From the human T2T-CHM13v2.0 reference genome, Homo sapiens: a stretch of DNA of 64,000 nt. Positions 57,000 to 64,000 of this stretch are shown here, in pieces. The notes beneath the pieces are model-generated. The model did no database searches and was not told the origin of the DNA. It saw only the letters and a program-made list of their open reading frames with translations. The translations under genes and the position numbers were made by a program. The stretch lies in the NCBI RefSeq assembly GCF_009914755.1, contig NC_060931.1, one strand, 5' to 3'. Positions within the stretch are counted from its first letter, which is position 1. Each line of letters begins with the position of its first letter.

Positions 57000-57490
57000 A
57001 GCATTTATTCAATAGATGTTTCTTAACTATTTATGTGCCAGTACTGAGTAAACAATGTCGAGCAACACACAGGCCCTAATGTTACTAACAGTCTTGCAAA
57101 GGAGAAAGACATTAAGCAAATGATCATTAAATATATAAATACAAACTGTGATAAATGTTATGAAAGCAAAACATGAATATTGTCTTAAAGGGGCCTGATC
57201 TGAACTGTAGGTTCAGGGAGGATTTCTCTGAGAAGATATTGTCTAACCTGGGAGAGTTGAGCTAAATAGGTGCAAAGAAGGAGGAAGAACCTTCAGGGTA
57301 GAAATGTGCATATGTTGTGTAGAGTTTGGGAAAAGCAAGGTAGGATCTACAACAAAAGAATATGTCTAGGTACAGTGTGGCTGGAGGAGAGGAAACTAGA
57401 GAATATGCTGAGAAATACAACTGAAGACATATACTCATGCAAGTATATGAAATATACTAAGGATTTGGATCTTCATCTAGCAAGAAGCAG
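57000..57490 (-). mobile_element. L2 fragment
   Basis: 'tttattcaatagatgtttctt...atgtgccag...caaactgtgataaatgttatgaa...cagggaggatttctctgag'. Confidence 0.6.
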
Positions 57491-57529
57491 CTTTGTGAAC
57501 ATATGCACATAAGTCAAAAGGGAATATGT

Positions 57530-57655
57530 GTAGTTGCCTCTGTAGAGAGGAACCATGGCTGGAGGACAGAAGCAGGAAGGAGACTTACTTGTCACTGTAT
57601 AGGCTGTTGTGCCTTTTCAATTTTATCTTTGTATGTCTATTACCTATTTAAATGA
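57530..57655 (+). mobile_element. L1ME-type 3' end fragment
   Basis: 'gttgcctctg...ggagacttacttgtcactgtat...tattacctattt'. Confidence 0.45.
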
Positions 57656-58483
57656 AAACAATGTCATCTAGATATTTAACTCACTGGCTCTATTAGGAAG
57701 AATTAATTATCGGAGACCAAACAAAAGGCCATTGCTCTGGTCTGGGTAGGCCAAGCAGCAGCAGAGATAGTAAGAAGTTCAGAATGATAATGGATTTGAT
57801 AATAAAATCAACAATTTGTTCCAATGGACTGCCAAGTAAGTAAGAAGATACAATAGGAACAGCATGTACCCTAGATGAGCCATTAGGTGAACTCTTCCCA
57901 CTTGCTCTCAAGTGTCAACTGAGCATCGCGTCAGGGTGAATGCTGAGTCTGGTGGTTGCAAAGACTTAAGTAATACTAAGGGACTATTAGAATCATGAGC
58001 CACTTCTTACTAAGAAGCACAATTCTATGAAGCAAAAACTTGGGAGAAAAACAATGTGTATAACTCAGAGCAGTTAAAAATAAATAAACAAATAAAAACA
58101 CTATTCCAAAGGATGCATTTGGCAAATTGTGCTGTTAAAGGCAAATGCTAAAAGTCAGCTATTCTCTGGATATGTTGGCTCCATTCATCATTCAACGCCC
58201 ATTCAGAGTAATTATTGAAAAGTATGGAAGCTAGAATGCACATATACTGACTTAGGAGAGATTAAAGGAATACCAACAAAAACTAAATTTTGTCTGAAGG
58301 TTAAAAATGAATTCAGAGGAATATAAAAATAAGTGAAGAGAAGTTGTAATGTAATATACCCACAAATGAGTGCAATAGCTAAAATATCTTTCAGGGAACT
58401 ACAAATGCTAATTAAAAACTTATAATTCAAAATAGATGGATCTGTGCTGTTCTTGTCAATATAACATGGTTTTTTATGAGGAA

Positions 58484-58539
58484 GGAAAGAGGTGGGGGAG
58501 GGAGGGGAGGAAAGGGAGGAAGGGAGGGAGGGAGGGAAG
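58484..58539. repeat. (GGAR)n purine repeat, G4-capable
   Basis: Multiple GGG runs, seen directly. Confidence 0.85.
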
Positions 58540-59459
58540 ATTATCTTGTTTCTCTGATTTCTTGCTAGCTTTAAAAAGAGCTAAATATTATTTTTCTTTT
58601 AATATTAAATTCCCTTTCACTTATCTGGATCAAGAATGTCTTCTCAAATCCTCTCTCTAATCCAAGAAAAACACTAAAGAAAAATAAGCATACTTATAGG
58701 GAGTACAGAAATTGCCACTAGAACCCAAATGACAGCCTGTTTGTTTAGCTTAGAACCAGACCTCAAAAACTAATAGGAGAACAGTCAAACATCTTAGAAG
58801 TGCATTTCCAGCAGCCTAGGCAGAGTTAATATTAAATGTTGCACAGAAAGCAAGAGCCCCTACATCCTGCTCTATCATCTAAATTGTAAACTCCACGAGG
58901 GCAAGAACCAAGTCTGCTCTATGCCCCGGGTCAACACAGTAACAGGAATGTAAAAAGATGTTAAAAAAATATTTATTAAGTTAATGGATGAAAAAGGGAA
59001 TTAAGAAAGAAACGTTTTGAAAAAAACAAATCGATATTGTTCTATCTGCAATTGAATTAGATGTGTTCTGGAGGCAGAAGCCTTAACTGGGTGCCAGAGG
59101 TAACACTGAGTTCGACAGATGCTGCTACTACTAAATGTATCCTCCATCTCCTAACATTTCTTTCATTGGCTCCATCTTTGTGTCATACGTTTCTTGGCTA
59201 AGGTCTTGGCTTTATATTCAAAATAATTAATTTGTTCTTCCTGTGGCTCCATTTTATTTCAGAGCTCTTCTATTTAGTTTTCTACTTTCACATTCACACT
59301 TTAATTTTAAAAGCTATTTCTTATTATCTGTTCCTTTTTCTTAGATGCTAATCTTGTTTTAGAGACTCAATATTCTCTCAAATTATTTGGAAGAATTTAT
59401 AATTTCTATAAGTTTTCCATTATTCCCTAACTAAATTTTGTTTCCTCTCAGGTCAGGGG

Positions 59460-59500
59460 GCTGTTGTTGCTGCCGTTGTTGTTGCTGTTGTTGTTGTTGT
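59460..59500. repeat. (GTT/GCT)n trinucleotide repeat
   Basis: Seen directly. Confidence 0.85.
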
Positions 59501-59984
59501 TTTAAATTCAGTCCTATACATTCACTGTTTTGAATCTTCCTCAAATATCTTGTGATTGATGGTTCACATAAATCAATAAGAAATTGGTTTAATTAATATA
59601 AAGGTCTTGCATGGGACTTTTCTGAAATTCTTTATCTTTCCCAACGGTTTCCCTCCAAAATGAGAGCATTGACTGAAAGTTGTCTGTAGGCAACAGAGAC
59701 TTGTAAACTGGAAGGGTTACATCAACATGCATGGAAAAATATGAGAACACCTGTTGGCAATATCTCTAAGCAGCCACATAAAAAGTGATTTATCCAGTAG
59801 GTCACTTTAGTGCACTCTTCTCTGAGACATAGCTCCTTTCTCCTCTCATTACTTTTCCACCATGGAGATTCAGACTCCTTAGGCTGAGTCCTCTGCTTCA
59901 CTCTGGGCCTGAAAGCACATTAGTGGCTCTAGCCCTCCATAGACAGACTGTTTTAATTTTAGTGGTTGCGAGGCAGGAGCGACC

Positions 59985-60180
59985 ACTTCTGGAATGGTAA
60001 AGTAAGGACCTCCAAAAATCTACTCCTCCATAAAAGCAACCAAAACACAAACAATTGTCAAAATAAACTTTTTCAGAATTCCAAAAGTTAAACAAATGCT
60101 TGCAATGTTCCAAGAAGAATTTATTCAAGAAAAATAGCTGAATCTTGCTAAGAACAGTGAGCTTTCTATGCTTTTAAATT
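59985..60180 (+). mobile_element. Old L1M 5'-end-like fragment
   Basis: 'cttctggaatgg...aaggacctcc...ctcctccataaaagcaa...ttattcaagaaaaatagctgaatct...aagaacagtgagcttt' resembles L1M 5' ends, from memory. Confidence 0.5.
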
Positions 60181-60802
60181 GCTGCTTTGGGAAACAGTTT
60201 GGTAGTTCCTGAAAATGTTAAAAATACAGTTACCATATGACCCAGCATTTCAACTCCTAGGTATACACCCCAAGAGTACCGAAAACATATGTCTATGCTA
60301 AACCCTCTACACCAGTGTTCATAGTAACATTATTCATATCAGGCAAAAAATAGAAGCAGCCCAAGTTTTCATCATCTGTTGAATGGATAATAAAACGTGG
60401 TACATCTATACAATGGAATTTTATTTGGCAATAAAAATAAATGAAGTTCTGATACATGCTAAAATATTGTGGAATCTTGAAAACATTATGCTAACTGAAA
60501 GAATCCACTCACAATAAGTTAAATATTGTATGATTCCAATTACATGAAATAGTGAAAACAGGCAAATCTATAGAAACAGAAAGTAGAAGTAGACAGTGCT
60601 TGCTAGCCCTAGGGTAGAGGAAGGAATAGGGAATGATTGCTAGAGTGTGTGCGTTTCTTTTGGGGATAAGGACAAATGTTCTGAAATTCCATAGTGGTAA
60701 TAATGTACAACTCTGTAAATATATTAACATTCATGGAATTACGTACATTAAAAGTGTGAAACCTACAGTATATGAATTATATCTCAATAAAGTTGTTGTA
60801 AA
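60181..60802 (+). mobile_element. L1MB-type 3' end
   Basis: 'ttaccatatgacccagca...ctcctaggtatacaccc...tacaatggaat...gaattatatctcaataaag'. Confidence 0.8.
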
Positions 60803-61002
60803 AACATTTCAGTAGATGACAGTTTTTACCTGGGGCAAAAATACTATTTAAAAAAGACATATTAAGGTGAGATTATTGCAATAATTTCTGTCTTTTAAGC
60901 TTCACAGAGGACACTTCACAGATTTATTTGCTTCTACCTTTATTCATTCTAAAATTACTTCTGGGAGTATAATCTCACAATTGCAAACAGTGGATGACAT
61001 AC

Positions 61003-61038
61003 GTGTATGTGTGTGTGTGTGTGTGGGTCTGTGTGTGT
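61003..61038. repeat. Interrupted (TG)n microsatellite
   Basis: Seen directly. Confidence 0.85.
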
Positions 61039-61079
61039 TACCAAATGAGTATATTAGTTTATTTATTGTCAAATGATTA

Positions 61080-61305
61080 TACTTTGTTATGAAACACTTG
61101 AATACTAATAGTTCCTCTAAGTGCTTCATGTGGAATAACTCACTGAATGTTCAAAGCTATTCTATGAGGTTGGGACTATCATTAACCATAGGAAAAAAAC
61201 TAAAACAGAGATAACTTAATGAGGCCAAGATCACAGATAGAGTAAATAAAATTTGAATCTAGACAGGCTGGCTCCAGAGTCTGTGCTTTTATCCACTTGC
61301 TGTGC
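61080..61305 (-). mobile_element. MIR SINE
   Basis: 'ctatgaggttgggactatcatt...ccaagatcacag...tttgaatctagacaggctggctccagagtctgtgc'. Confidence 0.65.
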
Positions 61306-61626
61306 TGCTGCTGTAATAAAAAATTTTAAAGAGTACGTTAAAAGTAATACAGTAAGTAGTTATGTTGAAGACATCACAAATATACAACACAGAGAAGATA
61401 AAATAAAACAGAACTAAAACCAATCCCTTCATGTTTTATAATAAGTTATTACAGCTTGGGATATAATTTCAGTGATAACAAGTTAGAAGTCAAAAGAAAG
61501 AAGATGTGGTCTGAAACTGTTGAGTGACTCAAAAAGTGGATCTAATAATGAAAAACACTGATATTGAAGATGCATGTAAAACACTGAAAGATTCTTCATG
61601 AAATATAAGAGCAGAAAAAAGTAATA

Positions 61627-61983
61627 TGGTTGGCCCTTGAACAACGTGGGGTTTAGGGGTGTCAACCCCCATGCAGTTGAAAATCTGCATTTAACATTTG
61701 ACTCCCTCAAAAATTAACTACTAATAGCCTACTGTTGACTGGAAGTCTTACAGATAACAGAAACAGTCAATTAACACATAAATAAACTAGTACTTACATA
61801 TATTTTATACATTCATGACATACCTAACTTTTCTTAACTTTTTTGATATTGCTAGACTAATTGGTTCATCTGAGTTTATTCAAATTGTTGCAAATGTCCA
61901 AAAAATTTTCCAACATATATAGGAAAAAATCCACGTACAGACGGACCCCACAGTTCAAATCCACACTGTTCAAGTATCAACTG
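61627..61983. mobile_element. Tigger2-family (TcMar) non-autonomous DNA transposon
   Basis: Degenerate TIRs (TGGTTGGCCCTTGAACA vs reverse complement CAGTTGATACTTGAACA), TA at the left flank, and Tigger2a-like internal text 'actaatagcctactgttgac'. Confidence 0.75.
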
Positions 61984-63559
61984 TTTATTTAAATAAGTAT
62001 ATGTGATTTATATAACCTACATAACAAAATTAATAAAATAAAATGTTAAATAGCTATTTGAGTCATCTACAATGATGTATATGAAAAAGTGGGAGAATCA
62101 CTTTATGTTCAAGATTACCTTTCTTTGAAGAAAGAAGCAACTCATCAAATTTTTATTTAAAACATCCAAAAAACAACTGCTGGCTATTCTTATACCCCGT
62201 GAAGTAACACACTGACAGTTCACCAACAAATTTGGATATGTCAGGGAGCCAAACCTTAACAAAATTCCATTTTACTTTTTATTTTATTTCCAGTACTACT
62301 TCGTTTTATTTGACTTTGTCATGTCTGCCTTTATTATGCAGTGACTTGCAAGAAAACGTAAAATCTCAACCATGACATGAAAACCAAATAGAATATTATG
62401 ATCTCTTTGTAGGTTTGACAATGTATTGCAATTTGACATAGGGGTTGACATAACCCACCAAAGATACATGCTCTCTATTTTTAATTTTTAAATAAGTCTT
62501 GTCATCGTATGTTCAAATCTTTATTCCTCAAGCATCTCCAAGACACAGGGTTTACTCTCATTCCTAGGCTGTCAGTCAAGGGGGTCCTGGTTCTGCCTCC
62601 CTGACAAACTTCCCTCAATAGCTGCTCCCTTTCCACTACAGGCAAATGAACTTCCTGGTATTAAAGAGTACATTACCTGCTATTACATTAAAGATCGTGA
62701 AAAAACCACTCATCTTGACAGTACAAACTTGCACCAAACCTCCAACTGAGTCCCTGGGACAGAGTCTGACAGACATTTGCTATAATTGGCTCTGCCACTG
62801 AGCTGGCTTCACAATTCAAACATGAAACAAAGCTAACTAAGGAGAAGCAAGGTTGAAGTGTGTTTTGTCCTTTGTTTTTCCTCCAAGCACTCAAAATACT
62901 CATTACTATAGAATTTTACGCTCTCGAAGTAAAAACAATTCTTATATAAATATGTAAGTGTGTCTACAGATATACATATGTATATATTCACTTTATGGCG
63001 GAAAATGCAAGCCTTATTGGCTATTCTTTTCTCAGAGAAATAAGCATGCCCTACTAATCTTTTTTGAGATTAATTTTCTCTTTGGTCTCCTAGCAGATTA
63101 CTTCAGGTTACCTGCTTTTCTGCATGGCTTCCATATAACCAACTGTGCCATTTCATTAGCCACAGTCCATTCCTGATGCCTGGAGAGATTACAAGCACTG
63201 GTGGCTTTTATTCCATAGGAAAAGCTGTTTCCCACCAGAGAACTGCTCTGTCTGCCTGTGTTAGGGTCAGAATGTTCTAGAGAATACTGTCCTGGGATTC
63301 TTGAGCAAGCTGGCCAGTGTGACTCCTGTGTAACAGTGAACTATTATAAGCACTTGAAAACAGACTTTGAATTTTACTGATCTGTATAACATCTAGGCCA
63401 CCTGCCAGTGTACCTGAGCATAAAGAAAGTTCAATCAGCATTTGTTGAACTTAAATAGTAATTGAGAAAGGGAAGGCCTCAGTTCTACTGATAGCCATTT
63501 GGGATCATACAGTTTATTTTTCATTCTTTTTCCACATCTTTAAAATGTCTAGAAAGATC

Positions 63560-63913
63560 TAACAACCAGCTTACGTGAAATATAGGGCACAGAGAAACAG
63601 GTTCAATGAAAATACAGGGATATAATCACCAAAATTCAACATGTGGGAAACTACAGCAAAATTAACCTGGTTTCTTCAACAAATAAATTGTAATGAGAGA
63701 GGGGGAGGAAGAGAGAAAGAGACAGAGACAGAACGAGACAGAGACATAAACTGACCTATGGAATTGAAACTATATTTAAGGGACATAACCAAATGTAAAA
63801 TGTGGACCTCCTAATTTTACCAAAACGTAACATGTGGACCTCCTCTTTTGAAAAAACCAAATGTAAAAAATAAACATAACATTTATGAGTCAATCACGGA
63901 AATCTGAACACAG
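63560..63913 (+). mobile_element. L1MC-type 3' UTR fragment with a (GA)-rich tract and an internal duplication
   Basis: 'cctggtttcttcaacaaataaattg', 'aaccaaatgtaaaatgtggacct' and 'ggaaatctgaacac'. Confidence 0.55.
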
Positions 63914-64000
63914 GGCCAGATGCGGTGGCTCACGCCTCTAACACCACCATGTTAGGAGGCCGAGGTGGGCAGATGACCTGAGATCAGGAGTTTGGGACCA
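63914..64000 (+). mobile_element. Alu 5' part (truncated by the window end)
   Basis: GGCCAGATGCGGTGGCTCACGCC... Confidence 0.92.

Overview
Human (primate) genomic DNA: AT-rich, CpG-poor and repeat-rich. The window holds what I recognise as the complete LRRN3 (NLRR-3) gene on the + strand: non-coding exon 1 (about 3280-3774, start uncertain), an 82-bp non-coding cassette exon (12152-12233) and a terminal exon (34688 to about 37730) carrying the whole intronless 708-aa ORF (35046-37172; signal peptide, LRRs, Ig, FN3, TM, short tail). From established knowledge, LRRN3 is nested antisense inside a large IMMP2L intron at 7q31.1, so the window is probably intronic to IMMP2L on the - strand. The rest is Alus (10 full-length, one cut off by the window edge, one short 3' fragment), a 5'-inverted young L1PA with a 17-bp TSD, a THE1 solo LTR, a Tigger2-type MITE, a U13 snoRNA retrocopy, old L1M/L2/MIR fragments, microsatellites and small tandem duplications. 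I see no new protein-coding system. The best second-look items are: two Alus 9.6 kb apart that share unique flank and private mutations; a short-form U13 retrocopy with intact C/D boxes; a MIR-derived splice donor whose exon adds upstream AUGs; a heavily uORF-loaded 5' leader; a sense L1 polyA signal just upstream of the only coding exon; and a palindromic double NF-kB site. All repeat names were assigned by eye, and boundaries of the old repeats are approximate.
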